Shown here: positions 1 through 12,230 of the stretch, piece after piece
How positions within the stretch are numbered: the first letter of the stretch is position 1
Layout of the letters: every line of letters starts with the position of its first letter
Origin: Streblomastix strix
Lineage: Eukaryota
Length of the DNA: 33,187 nucleotides
Direction of reading: 5' to 3'
NCBI GenBank assembly: GCA_008636045.1
Contig: SNRW01000061.1
Coordinates: 1-33,187 of the forward strand
The notes under the pieces: model-generated
What the model was told of the DNA's origin: nothing
Database searches by the model: none
The model's input: the letters and a program-made list of their open reading frames with translations, nothing else
Position numbers and translations under genes: made by a program

Positions 1-305
1 AATTATCGGGATAAAATTAGAGCTCTCCGTTGCGGATATTTAACTAAAATCGTCCATGACATTTGACTAGTGAATATGGTTAATTTATGCTTTGACGCTT
101 ATAGTCATTTGGCGTGGACGAATGAGGGCAAATTCATACGAAAAATCATAGGTTCCAAAAATTTTATACACTATCTCTAATATGAAAAATTTCGAGAATA
201 AAATATAGCTGGTATACCAAAAAGTTAACGTAAAAAAAATTCTTCAATTTCATACAAGGTTAAGCTGTTCTAGTTGGAGCATAACATAAAAATGGCACCT
301 ATAAA

Positions 306-683
306 ATGAAATAATTCTAATAATTTGCCCCAAGAAATCATTTCTTAGCTACTTATATTCCTACTATTGCTTAAGAATTTAGAGATACAAATCAAATAGA
401 AAAATGGGGAAGAGGAGAGTATATGGCTGCTGCATAAGTTACGTGGAGAGAAGATGTAAAAAAAATCTTATAGATAATTGATCCTCAATAAAATTGAGAA
501 AATAATGATATATTAAAATAAGGTGCAACAGCATTCAAGAAACAAATTGCATATGCACATTTTATATAAATTAATGAAGATGAATAAACATTTGTTACAG
601 AATACAATCGTTTGTATAACTAATTTGCACATGCAGCAATAAATGAAGCTAGAAGAAGATAAGGAGCGATATAATAGGATTGA
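306..683 (+). pseudogene. Hypothetical protein (~125 codons, code 6), one in-frame TGA at 495
   Basis: Reads MKQFQQFAPRNHFLATYIPTIAQEFRDTNQIEKWGRGEYMAAAQVTWREDVKK...AAINEARRRQGAIQQD*. Protein-like composition, directly upstream of pPolB. Start codon uncertain, no family recognised. Confidence 0.45.
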
Positions 684-724
684 AAATGAACAATCATATG
701 ATAATTTATTTTTGAATTAACGAA

Positions 725-3700
725 ATGACTAGAACGAAAATATCAATTGCAGACTTTAATCGTTTACTCTAATTATACGATCCAAATACACACATAAATG
801 CGAGTAATAATATGAAGTGATTAGCGCTAAGTTCTATACTGACAAAGATCGGATTCTATTGCTAACGTAGTAACGTTAAAGCTTTGGAATAAGCGATCAA
901 TGTAGTAGTTTCACGTAGATTATTTATGCGATAAACCTATGCAGCAACTGTAATTCAATAACGTATTCGAGAGTGGTTCAATTAGCGAGAACATTAACGA
1001 TTAACACGAGAATAATAACTATAAATCGAATATAAGTAATTATAAAAATAACGGGAATAAGACATAAAAGAATTAAAAGAAGAATTTGATCCAAAATTAT
1101 TAGATGATGGAATATTTGATGTTGATAGATATAGATAATAGTAGCATTAATTAAGAGCATAAGAGACGGAAGAACGTAAGAGAAAATTATAGGAGGATAG
1201 ATAGGAAAGATAAACATAATTGTTAGATGAATTTCATAATATTTAAGAAATAAACATCGAAATACTATTTGAAACAGACTAATATGAAATTATCGATTAC
1301 ATTAAGACTCATGAATAATATATGTATCATCATCTTAGTACCGATAATGATGTGATTATGTTATGTGATATATAGAATGAAGAATAATTCAATAAAATTA
1401 TGAATCTTGCATTATCTAGGTTCAATAAAGATACATCATCTCTACAGTTTAATTTATATAACTAATGGGATAATAATTAAAAGAAACCAACCAAATAGTA
1501 TTATGATAATGTATCTTCATTAGAACATGTAGATTAACTATTAGATATAATATATAGAAAAGAGAAAGGAAATGTGTTTAAACTAGCTGTTGAATTTGGG
1601 TTGATAATTAAATATGTAGATGGTAATGCATAAGAGTAGACAATATGGTACAAATATGTGCTTCCAGTTAATTCAAACTCTAAACGAAGAGCACCAATGG
1701 AGATACGATCATAGAATAACATTAGCACATACAAATAATATCTTCGAACAGAGTTAGTAAATATATATGAAAGAACTAACACAGATATCCATGAAAAGAT
1801 AATAGCTATATTTTCAATATTGTTCTTTGCATTTCGCTACCCTCTAGCAGGTGCAGCAATTCCATCATTAAAGCAATATATCAAACGAAGAGAAATATAT
1901 TATGTAGATTGTACAATAAATTTATGTTTTTGGACTGCATATTCACTCGTCACAATGCCTAATACAAAGTAAAAACGATACAAAGATAGTTCAAGAAATG
2001 CAGAAGCTAAGTGTATATTTCAAAGAGTTCTGGGAGAAGATTTTCATGATAGTTATAAAGGGTTCAATTTTGATAATGATATTGATAACTTTATTAATAA
2101 AGAATAAGTTAATGTTCATATGTATACATAAGAAAATGATCCATCACACTATGAGTTAACATAAAATTATCTTGTTAATGATTCAACCAAATAGTTCAAT
2201 ATCCTATTCAATAATGATGGAATTTACGTTCACATTATGTATGTATCTGATGTTGAAGCACTTACTGGATTTCGCTATTGCAATATATGTCATAAGTAAG
2301 CATTCTGAATAGGTGATCCAAATCTATAAATATCAATGAGAAATCATATGAAAATATGTTAAAGGAATAATGGAAAGATAAGTAATAAGGTTATATTGGA
2401 AAGAATTACAAAGCCATTTGTTTCACATATTTTATCCAACATGACTTACAAGTATTTATTAGCGAATAATCTAACTCATTTGTTCAAGTCAATAAGATAT
2501 TATATAACATATTATATTAAAACATTCGAGAAGAAAGTTAATGAAAAATTTGGCGATAGTTCATAAGTGAATTCAACATTAATTCCATACGCTATCGCAT
2601 CAACTGTCACATTAGTGAGCGGTATACATCCATTCGATTATGATATTCGAATACCTAATTTCTTAAATAAGTGGTTAGAGTAGCTATTCGAAAAAGTAAA
2701 GTTAGTTAAGAAAGATAATAAATACAAAGATGAAACAATACCTTAATATTATGAAGTACCTGTAATTGGATTCAATTCAGCTAAATTGGATACATGTTTT
2801 CTGTTCAAGAATTTGAAATCAAAAGATTGGTCTATTTCGAACTATTTAGGTTCAAGTACAATTGCAAAATAGATAGTAGTGAAGCATAAATGTTTAAGCA
2901 TTCAATTGAGATTCATCGATTTCAAGATATTCTCCATACAAAATAAATTGAAAGATGCTGTAAGAGACTTTGGAAAAGGATATAATAATAAAGGTCGTTT
3001 TCCTCATGAATTTTTAAATAATAATAATTACATTGATGAAATGAATAAAAGTGAACCATTTCCTATCGAAGCATTTGATAATCAATTACGTAATAAGAAA
3101 TTAAGTGAAGCAAAGTATTAAGCATATTTGATCGAAGCAGCGAAGTTCGCTAACAGATGGGATTATTTGATGCATTATAATAAATTAGATACTGGAATTC
3201 TAATCGAACCAATAGATTATTTGATCGATCTAATGATCAAATATAAAGTGGACATGTTATCCAATATATCAATGGCTTAGTGCTCTAATGCGATCAAATA
3301 TTTAATGTGCTATAGTGATTTTGACATTTTGGGTAACTGCAATTCTGAATCAACTGGTAAATCAATAGAAATTACTTAATACTATTGGGGGGCTAAAGTA
3401 GATAGCTATTATGAATAAGGTAACAAAAAGAGTGTAGATTCAAGTAATAATGTCTCTATTAATGGTTATTTTTATTTTAAAGATATATTCAAGAATTGAC
3501 GATGCCATATGTGTAACGCACGATTCACATGGAAAAATAGACGAACACTAGATCGAATAGATAAAAAGTTGAGTCATTTAAAAGATAATGTACTTCCATG
3601 CTATTTATATTGCAATATATTTTAAGCTAATAGGGATGTAAATTAATTGAGATTGATGATACAACTAAAGAAATATGCACTATTTAAGTAGTTACCTATG

Positions 3701-5221
3701 ACGTTGATTAGTGATGATGGGTATTAACTATTACGTATAGGTATCACAGTAGGTTTATTATAAATAATGCATCGATACAATATTGCTGGTGAAACTCGAA
3801 TAAATCAATTTGAATTCGATAAGGAAAATAAAAACGTTTATTCAGTTGATTAAGATTATGTATAAACGCATGTTATGCTGCTTGATTTTCACAACTAATA
3901 TGCGAGTGTAATGAGTGGAGAACCACACGCATTAAACCCATACACTTATAAGACGGTTTTTTTGTGCGTAACTGATAGAAAGAATAATCGATTAAGATAG
4001 ATGCTAATAGTTAATATAAGATGCTAACAGGTTCTCTAATGAAGCATTGATTGTTGATAAAATGTTATTATTTGTTGCTGAAGTTCGTGGTCGTACTGAT
4101 GAAAGAGACATTAATGAAGTGATTAATTGGGCATCTATATTATGAAATATTGAAATAACTATTAGTAAAAAGACAATTAGTGAATTCACGTATAATCACT
4201 TAGTATATCATTAACTTATACACGACAAAGTGGAGCGTAAATTATCAAATCTATTTGATACAAATTATGAAGTAATGAGCTTCAACAACTATCTATGGTT
4301 ACTTTTTGATACTTGTCACTTTATCATTGATGAGATTGTTAGTGTTACAACGATTTCAAAACAAGTTAATTTCAATTCGTATGTAAAGGAATTTAATAGT
4401 ATAATATAATAAGTAAGAGATGATAAGAATGAAGGATTGGCATAATTTTGTAAATTAATACTGAACTCAGCTTTCGGTGATGATTGTTTGAATAATGAAA
4501 AGTACTCCAATACTAAACTGCTCTCAGCAAATAAGACATTTGTTCAACATATGATGGGTGGATTTATTTATTCTTCTGAATTAAATGATGATTTATACGC
4601 TGTATTGGTAAACAAGCAAAACTGTAGTTGTAAAACATCTTTATAAGTTGCTTATTTTGTGTTAGATTCAGCTAAATTCTGGGACGTTAATTTTATATAT
4701 AACTTCATGCGTAAAGCATATGATATGAGTATCATACATTTTGTACAGGAAGACACGGATAGTTTGACATGGGCAATTAATGGAGATTCAAATCGTGGTC
4801 TGAATAATTATTTGATGCAGTTATTAAAGATTAATAGTTCTATGATAAATTTAAGGATTGTATATATTGCGATAGTGGATAAAAATAGATATTACATATT
4901 GGTATAGAAAAATATGGCTATAATTGTACAGCATTATCTCCAAAAAATTACATTATAAATGATGAGATTGTTTTGAACGGAGTAATTTTGGAGTAGAATC
5001 CATAAATTAATGAATAATCATTAGTGAATAATGTTAAAGAATATAAGATTACTATTGCAAATAACTCAACATTAGCTTAGTAAAAAGGTTCTATGAGCAG
5101 GTTGAAGATGGAGAAAAATGCTATAGCTAGATCATGTACTAAAATGGTGGTATTATCTAATAAATCATGCTTGCTTTTCACCTATAACATTAGTGCTGAT
5201 AAATATTTCGTAAAATAATGA
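725..5221 (+). pseudogene. polB: Protein-primed family B DNA polymerase (pPolB-A), ~1498 codons, disrupted
   Basis: Code 6 translation from MTRTKISIADFNRLLQLYDP. ExoI-like YITYYIKT (~2501), ExoII VIGFNSAKLD (2762), ExoIII HYNKLD (~3173), motif A LLDFHNQYASVM (~3878), motif B CKLILNSAFG (~4449), motif C FVQEDTDSLTW (~4740), ALSPKNY (4931). In-frame TGA at 818, 2306, 3497, 4143. Frameshifts near 3965 and 4800. Confidence 0.93.
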
Positions 5222-5249
5222 TACAATTTATTTTTCTAATTAATTGAAA

Positions 5250-5589
5250 ATGAATTAATAAAGGTACAAAGATACTATCGAAAAACTTAGTTGGTAGATT
5301 GAATCAATGAACGAAAATAGAGCACTATTATAATTATAAATAAAATTGTAAGATATAATAGATGGATTACAACGATTTTAAGATAAATTAGATGTAACAG
5401 AGAACTTGATTGATCATAATAAATCTATGAAAAAAAGTATTGAAGAAAAAAATAAAGAAAGAAATAATTGATCTAAATATTGAAAATACATAATAAAATA
5501 GATTACATAATGTGTTAGAGGAATATGATGATGTACGAAATAATTATAAAGAAGAATTGAAAGAAATATTTGAAAAGATTGATGAATGA
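5250..5589 (+). pseudogene. Small coiled-coil-like hypothetical protein, frameshift in A-run near 5450
   Basis: MNQQRYKDTIEKLSWQIESMNENRALLQLQIKLQDIIDGLQRFQDKLD...EEYDDVRNNYKEELKEIFEKIDE*. Heptad-like charged helix. Confidence 0.5.
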
Positions 5590-5789
5590 TTGATTTATTT
5601 TTACATTTAACGAAATGTAACCAATATTTGAGTTATTACCATCAAACACAACAGAATTCATTGCGATTTAGCTTGAGAAGATCGATTTTTAGTGGCATGA
5701 GATTCTTAAGGCTGTTTGGGATGAAGCGATCAAATTTGCATGCTAGAGTAAGATCTGCCATTGACCATCACATTATTTTTGTATAGAAA

Positions 5790-7124
5790 ATGAGTAAATT
5801 TATATAAGCTGAATTAGATTAAATTTGCTAATTATGATTAGCAAGATTTGCATAAACTGATTAATAAATTGAATTTGAAGCATTAAATATGGAACAGTAA
5901 CTCATACGAATAGCCAATTCAAATAACTATATAATGAAGTTTGCAGAGTTCGTATCCAATATGAGAATTACTCTTAGTAAAGCAGAATAAAACGCAATAA
6001 TTAATCATGCGGAAGATATATAACTAGGTGGTATGACACTTCTGGAATGGTTCTAAATATATCAAACTGAAGCATAAAAGTATAATGCGCCACTGAGACG
6101 AGCTAGATCTATTAGAAGATATAATACCAACAGATCTCAGGTTATTGAACAAATTAAAAGAATTGGTAAATATCCAACAGCACTTTCAATATTCTCATTC
6201 AAATCAAAGATCAAATAATATGAAAAGATTAACTAAGTAAAGATAATGAATCAAAGATAAATCAAAGATTTTAAATAGAAACCCAGAAATAAACTCCAAC
6301 TTCCATACTTTCCTACAGAACTAGGATCGTGGGAAATAGATCTTGTATTCGATATCAATCCCTTAACTCAAAGAAGATAGTATTATACGTTTGCGATCAA
6401 CATTAATACAAAATATTTTGTTGTGATTCCACTAATTGTAAATGAAAAGAATGCAAGATATATACTAGACGCATTAACGAAATTCATAAAATAGGTAAAT
6501 GTTAACAACATAAGAGGTAATGGTGAAAGTGGATTTAAATCAAATTTTATTAAGAAATTTTGAAATGATAACAGAATTACATTTTACTTTACTGATTCTC
6601 ATTTTACATAGCACAATATAGTAGTTGATAGTGTCATTCGTACAATTCGAAATGGTTTTAGATTAGATTTATAAGGATTTGCATCACCAAGTTAAATGAA
6701 ATTATTGGTAGATATTTATAATAAAGCACCACATCTCGCATTCATGAACAAATTTACTATTAAATAAGTGTAGTGTAATAGAAAATTAGAAGGTAAATTC
6801 ATACTATAAAAATAAACATAATTGGAACAGGTGATATTATGACAATATCAAGTGAAATTATTAAATTTCAAGAGTGGAAATATATTAATGATTCACGCTG
6901 ATTTCTCTAAATTACTTATAAGATTTTTGAAGTAAAGACGTTAATTCAATGAGTTAATTTCATTCATTACTTATAAAAATGGTAATATTATATGTAAATT
7001 ATTGAATTCATTTGATAAAATTAATGATATTGGGTTACCTATATATTATTATTGCAAATTCATTAGTGATGATATAAATTCGTTACCAGCAAATTATATA
7101 AGTTAATTTAATATAAATAATTGA
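5790..7124 (+). pseudogene. int: Retroviral-like (Polinton c-integrase type) integrase A, disrupted
   Basis: Single frame: GSWEIDLVF (D 6339), FAININTKY, NNIRGNGESGF (expected catalytic D is N at 6519), VVDSVIRTIRNGF (D 6627), YNKAPH. In-frame TGA at 5835, 6561, 6840. Full-length homology to integrase B. Confidence 0.88.
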
Positions 7125-7143
7125 GATTTTTTATAAGAAGCAA

Positions 7144-7559
7144 ATGCAACCAATCGGTGAAACATAACAAATCCGTAAAAAGCAATCGAAGAAACCAGTT
7201 CCGTAATTGATTGAAAATAATCTAGTCCTACTGATTAAATACTTCAAACCCCGTTAATTGATCATATTCCTATAAATAATTCTATTTCATTAGTATAATC
7301 AGTTAAGGAGAAATCAGATTAAGAGAAAATTGAATTTAGATGTCGACCAAAAAAATATAGTAGCCCTGAAGAAGCCGAGAAAGTAGCCGCAAAATAACGT
7401 TCCCTTACCCAATAACGATATAGAATTCTATGACAAGAATTTCTACCATAAGCTAACAATTTATATATAATTTTGATTCGACGTCTTCAGAAAATTATCA
7501 TATCTAATGTAAAGGATTAACTTCATATTAGTGAGATAATTGATCGTTATAATCAATGA
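7144..7559 (+). pseudogene. AT-hook-like/basic-helix protein A, disrupted
   Basis: RCRPKKYSSPEEAEKVAAKQRSLTQQRYR (from 7338) aligns with QGRPKKYNDKEQATIAAREQRKNARIRYK of the intact paralog at 12516..12860. Frameshift near 7170, TGA at 7212 and 7431. Confidence 0.65.
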
Positions 7560-8820
7560 ATATGATTTAATTTTGAATTATTGTTTGCGTTAATGGTATG
7601 ATTAATGATGTTGATTAATGAATAGTAATAATAACAATACTTTAATGCATCAATCCAAAGATTAACTTTCAAATTTGAACCATAATAGTGCACATATTAG
7701 TGATAGTGTGTTAGAATCGTAGAGAATATTATATAAAACTCTATATAGGGCATGGGACGGGATGGGACAGATCTGAAGAGGGTTGCAAAAACCATCTGTC
7801 ATAGCACCATAATACCATATCATTCATTTTGGATCAAATTCTCCATACAAGGAGGTAATTAAGTCTATCAAATATCCTTACAGACAGGTGTGAATAGAGC
7901 ATTATTACGTTTTATATATGAATATATGTGAAATGATTAGTTGATGAAAATAAAATAAAAACGAATGTAATTGAATTATTATTAAAAAATTTTAACTATT
8001 TGAATTATTTTATGGTTCATATAAATTTTATTTAGTATCTTTAATTTTCTTAATAATTTTTTATTTATTCGTATGATTTATATATTAACTATATATATTT
8101 ACTATATATATTACCATGATAAATATTCATATAAAATCATTTAAAAAGTAACACTTTCAAAAATCTCGAAAATAAGTATTTTTATTTAAAATTTGTATTA
8201 ACTCCATTATTGATTAGTAAACGTTGAATATTATTGTATAATTTTGTAAGTAGTTAGTATAAATGGAAGCTGCCCTCACATATAAAACTAACACAATTTG
8301 CCTAGGCCACAAACATGTCAACATTAATGAATAGCAATCATGCTATATATGTTGTAAATTATTAAGATTCTTGAATGTGGTGTGTTATTGTTTGATATTA
8401 GTTTCAAAACATACTTTGAATGATCAAAATAATTAGTTGAAATGTGGAGATTATTGATATAGCAGAATGATTGTATGAATGAGATGCGCTGTTGAAGATG
8501 AATGCTAAATCAATATGCCTGATTAATGCTTGGTTTAATAATATAAACAATGTTAAACATGAATAATTGGGTCAATTTTGTGATTGGTCCTAGAACAAAG
8601 TGATGTCATTTTTCTATGTTTACGCAGCGTTCATTTATAATAACTACAAACCCAAATCCAATGATTTGCGTATTACATGATTTGCGTGTGGGTTAATGAA
8701 TGATTAATGAATGGTTAACAAATATATCGAACTTAGTTTTACTATTGAAATTGAATAAGTAGGCTCGACCTACTGATCGATGATGATAAATGAGTTAGCG
8801 ATGAAATTGATGTATTGATT

Positions 8821-8868
8821 GATGAAGTGATTGATGAAGTGATTGAAGAAGTGATTAATGAAGCGAAT
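8821..8868 (+). repeat. 12-bp tandem repeat, four degenerate copies (GATGAAGTGATT)
   Basis: gatgaagtgatt gatgaagtgatt gaagaagtgatt aatgaagcgaat. Confidence 0.75.
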
Positions 8869-9037
8869 GATGCATATGTGCAAATGAGATTGATTATCTA
8901 TATCTGTGAACTATGCAGGGTTGGACTCTCAAAAAATGCCAAAATGATTGTTGGTCGGTCGCTAAATAATTTCTTCTGATTATTCTAAATACAATTATTT
9001 TTATCAACTAACACAAATATTTTAATTGTAAACCAAA

Positions 9038-11798
9038 ATGGCTTAACTGGAAATTGAAATCGAAGACAGTAAATTCTTTTAATCAATCTTGAACTAACCA
9101 ACAAACGTTAAACAAATATCAATTGCAAAAGGAGTGAAGAGACCATATAATTGTAAATCAAAAGTAAATGAGAAAACAAAAGCATTGGTAGAATAAATGA
9201 TGAATAAAGAAAATAAAAAAGATAATGATAAAGATAAAGAAATCACAAGTGAAATCGTTAATGAAGTGGTGGACGCATCGTTAATTAATGAGACCATTAA
9301 TGAACCTAAAATTGAACAAACAAACAAAGAGAAACATGAAAATATCCTACATGATCTACGTAATGCTGAAGGAGATTAGGAAATAAGACTTGTGAAATAA
9401 TAAGAAACATATAGATTAGAAAAATAATGGAGAGAAGAAGATGAGTAAGAATCAAAGTAGAAAAATAAAGAGGAATTTGATAAAAGAGCTAATGAAGTTA
9501 TTAATGAACTAACTAGCGAAGAAGATAAGAAGAGAATTGCAACAAAAATAGCTCGTTTGAAATTGATGTGAGAAGAACGAGAGAATCCAATAAGTGAATA
9601 TGAATAATTCAGCAAGATGAATAGTGATGCATTTGATGCATCTAGAGAGTAAGTATAATCTAAAACAATTAAAGAAAGAATTGAAGGTGCAGTAATTGAT
9701 TTATATGAATATCGGAAATTTTCTGAAGATAAATTGAAAAATAGATTGTTAACTGGACATGCAATTGACTTATGTTTATGTAAAGATAATGATTTATGTA
9801 TTATTGATTTTGATATTGATCATGCAGGTAAATTAAACGACGAAGAGAAAGAGAAAATTCGTTAAAATATTATCAATAATATGCTTCCATCTAATGTTAG
9901 GTTAGTGCTAACTGCAAGAGGTGGCATATACGCATATTGTAACAGAAATAGATACAAATTACCTTCAAACAAAAATGAAAAAATAGTAACATATGAAGAT
10001 AGTTTAGAGATTGATATATTTGCATAAATGTACACGCATAAAGATGATAAATTAGTTGAAAATTGAGTTGTGTTACCTGAATCCAAAGTTAGAATTATGG
10101 ATAAAGAAGTTCAAAAGAAGGAAATACTTCATTATAAAGAACTTAATGATTTGTCTAACGCAACTTATCCAGTTTTATTATTTGATATTCTTGGTTAATG
10201 GAACGTTGATTTAACTGCAAAAGATAAGGATTTTAGCATAATTAATGATGATTGCACTCTTGACCAAATGCCTAAAGATATGGCAGATGCATGTATTGAA
10301 ACGGTAAAAGGAGTATAAATCCACAATGATACAAACACATTAGAACGAGAAATTAGCTTACTATCTTTATTCATTGGACTTAATGGATTACAACATTTAG
10401 GTGAGCAATATAAAGAATTAATATATTCAACTTTTTATGCAAATAATAATTTAACAACTAAGGCAAGTGAACATTAGAATGATAGGAAAAGACGTTATTC
10501 CAATAAAGCTAATGCATGAATATTAATAAAAATCATTAAATTACGTAATAAAGATTACTATATATCTATACTTAAACCTTTGACGATTAAATCATATGAA
10601 TCAAAGAAATAATTGAAGATAGAAACAGCTGTGAAATCAATTGAGAAGAATGAGATTGATGTGATAGATTCCTTCACATTAACGGACGTTTCTAACAAAG
10701 CATTAAATGGAAAATGTTAGAATAAATTTGAGCTAATTGCATAAGATTTGTTAAAATAATAAGGATTATACCTTATTAGAATGGTTAGTGTTACATCATT
10801 AAAAAGTACAATTGTCTCGTTGCAAAAAATGTAATAAATTATAAGAGTAAGTCAGCGATATATGATTAATTACGTTCAATTAGATTGTGGGATGATGGAA
10901 AGAAACATATAACTGGAATTGATACATTAGAACAATATCATTCACTATTCGAGAAATTAGGTATAAAATTTATTTGTGATAATCAAAAGATATTCAATGC
11001 ATTCTAAGGGTTCAAACATATTCAACTAGATAAAGTGAATTAGACAAAAATAGAATAATTCCTAGCGTTAATGAAAGATATAATCTCAGCAAATGATGAA
11101 CGAGTTTATGAATATTTATTGAATTAGTTTACAATCATTGTGCAGAATGTTGGAAAGAAGACTGAAATAGCTATTATCCTTAAAGGATTATAAGGAATAG
11201 GTAAGAATGTTTTTACTAAAGTTTTATGTGAATTATTAGTAGGATATTCATCTAAAAATATTACTGGTATCGATGATTTTGTAGGTAAATTCAATATAGC
11301 TATTGAGAATAAGTTGTTATCAATTGCGAATGAAATGATGAACTTTGAAGAATTAAGAATGTCAAATATGGATGCATTGAAATCAATAATTACTGAAGAT
11401 TCATTTGTGATATATGATAAATATGTTCCTAAGCAAGATGTATAAAATATAGTGAATCTAATTATTGTTACAAATAATATTTATCCATTGAAGATTGAGA
11501 ATAGCGATAGACGCTATGTTTTATGCGAATGCAATCCAGTTCATCTTGGAGATTTATAGTATTTTACTAACTTATGCAATGGATTTGATGCTCATTTTTA
11601 CAATAATTTATTCACATTCTTTTTGACTAGAGATATAAGTTAGTTTAATCCAAGAGATATACCAATGACAAATGCAAAGAAAGATACAATAATAGCATCA
11701 ATATCACCAGTTGATGATGTAATTATCGGTCATTTCAATTCATTTAGAGATGGAATTATATGCAATATTGTTGATTGATGGAAACCATAAGATATGAA
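9038..11798 (+). pseudogene. AEP (prim-pol) primase fused to superfamily 3 / D5-like helicase, disrupted and 3'-truncated
   Basis: AEP motifs LCIIDFDID (DxD 9806-9814), TARGGIYAY (His position is Tyr), LEIDIF, VVLPES. Walker A GLQGIGKN (11185-11208, Q=TAA), Walker B LSIANE, sensor/Arg finger IIVTNNIYPLKIENSDRRY. TGA at 9569, 10064, 10517, 11776. Frameshift near 10755. Coding character ends at the AGTAGT repeat. Confidence 0.9.
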
Positions 11799-12068
11799 AG
11801 TAGTTATGAGAATATGGAGAGTGCCCCACATAGAAAAATAAAATAAATAATGTTAAATAAAATAATGAATATAAAATAATAATAATAAATAATGAAAATA
11901 AATAATAATAAATAAATAATGTAAAATAAAAATATTCACTTGATTAAAATTATTGATTGAAAAATATTGAATTTGATTAATTGAATTGATTAATGAAGTT
12001 GATTAATGAATTGATTAATGATGTATGATTTTTGAACGCATGGCACTCTCCATATTCTCATAACTACA
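11799..12068. mobile_element. 270-bp unit with 26-bp perfect inverted repeats; terminus of element B or a non-autonomous mini-element
   Basis: gtagttatgagaatatggagagtgcc (11800-11825) is the exact reverse complement of 12042-12067. Left end reads AGTAGT. Interior is A/T simple repeats. Flanks are tatgaa (11793-11798) and taggaa (12069-12074). Confidence 0.75.
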
Positions 12069-12230
12069 TAGGAAGATTGATGGATTTGGTTGATGATTTT
12101 GAACAAATGAATTTTATTATATTCGGAAACCTAAAATTATTGGTGAATTGATTAGTGAAACCATTATAAAATTGAAAATAAAATATATTTGTATGTGGAT
12201 TTATAAATGAAATTGTTGATGAATCCCTTA

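Larger units (their letters stand above)
306..11798 (+). mobile_element. Polinton/Maverick-like element A (decayed; own termini not identified)
   Basis: Co-oriented pPolB, retroviral-like integrase and AEP-SF3 primase-helicase, the hallmark Polinton replication/integration gene set. All ORFs are disrupted. Boundaries are approximate. Confidence 0.8.

Noticed and set aside
1..309. 5'-truncated ORF in frame 1 (NYRDKIRALRCGYLTKIVHDI*LVNM...MAPIK*)
   Set aside because: Has an internal TGA and no recognisable motif. With only one stop codon, frames this long arise by chance.
3955..4805. Compensating frameshifts in pPolB-A as programmed frameshifting
   Set aside because: pPolB-B is continuous across both sites and pPolB-A has many other lesions, so these are simple indels.
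8600..8876. Minus-strand His/Gln/Ser-rich ORF (MHHSLHQSLLQSLHQSLHQ...)
   Set aside because: The periodicity comes from the 12-bp tandem repeat; no homolog or motif support.
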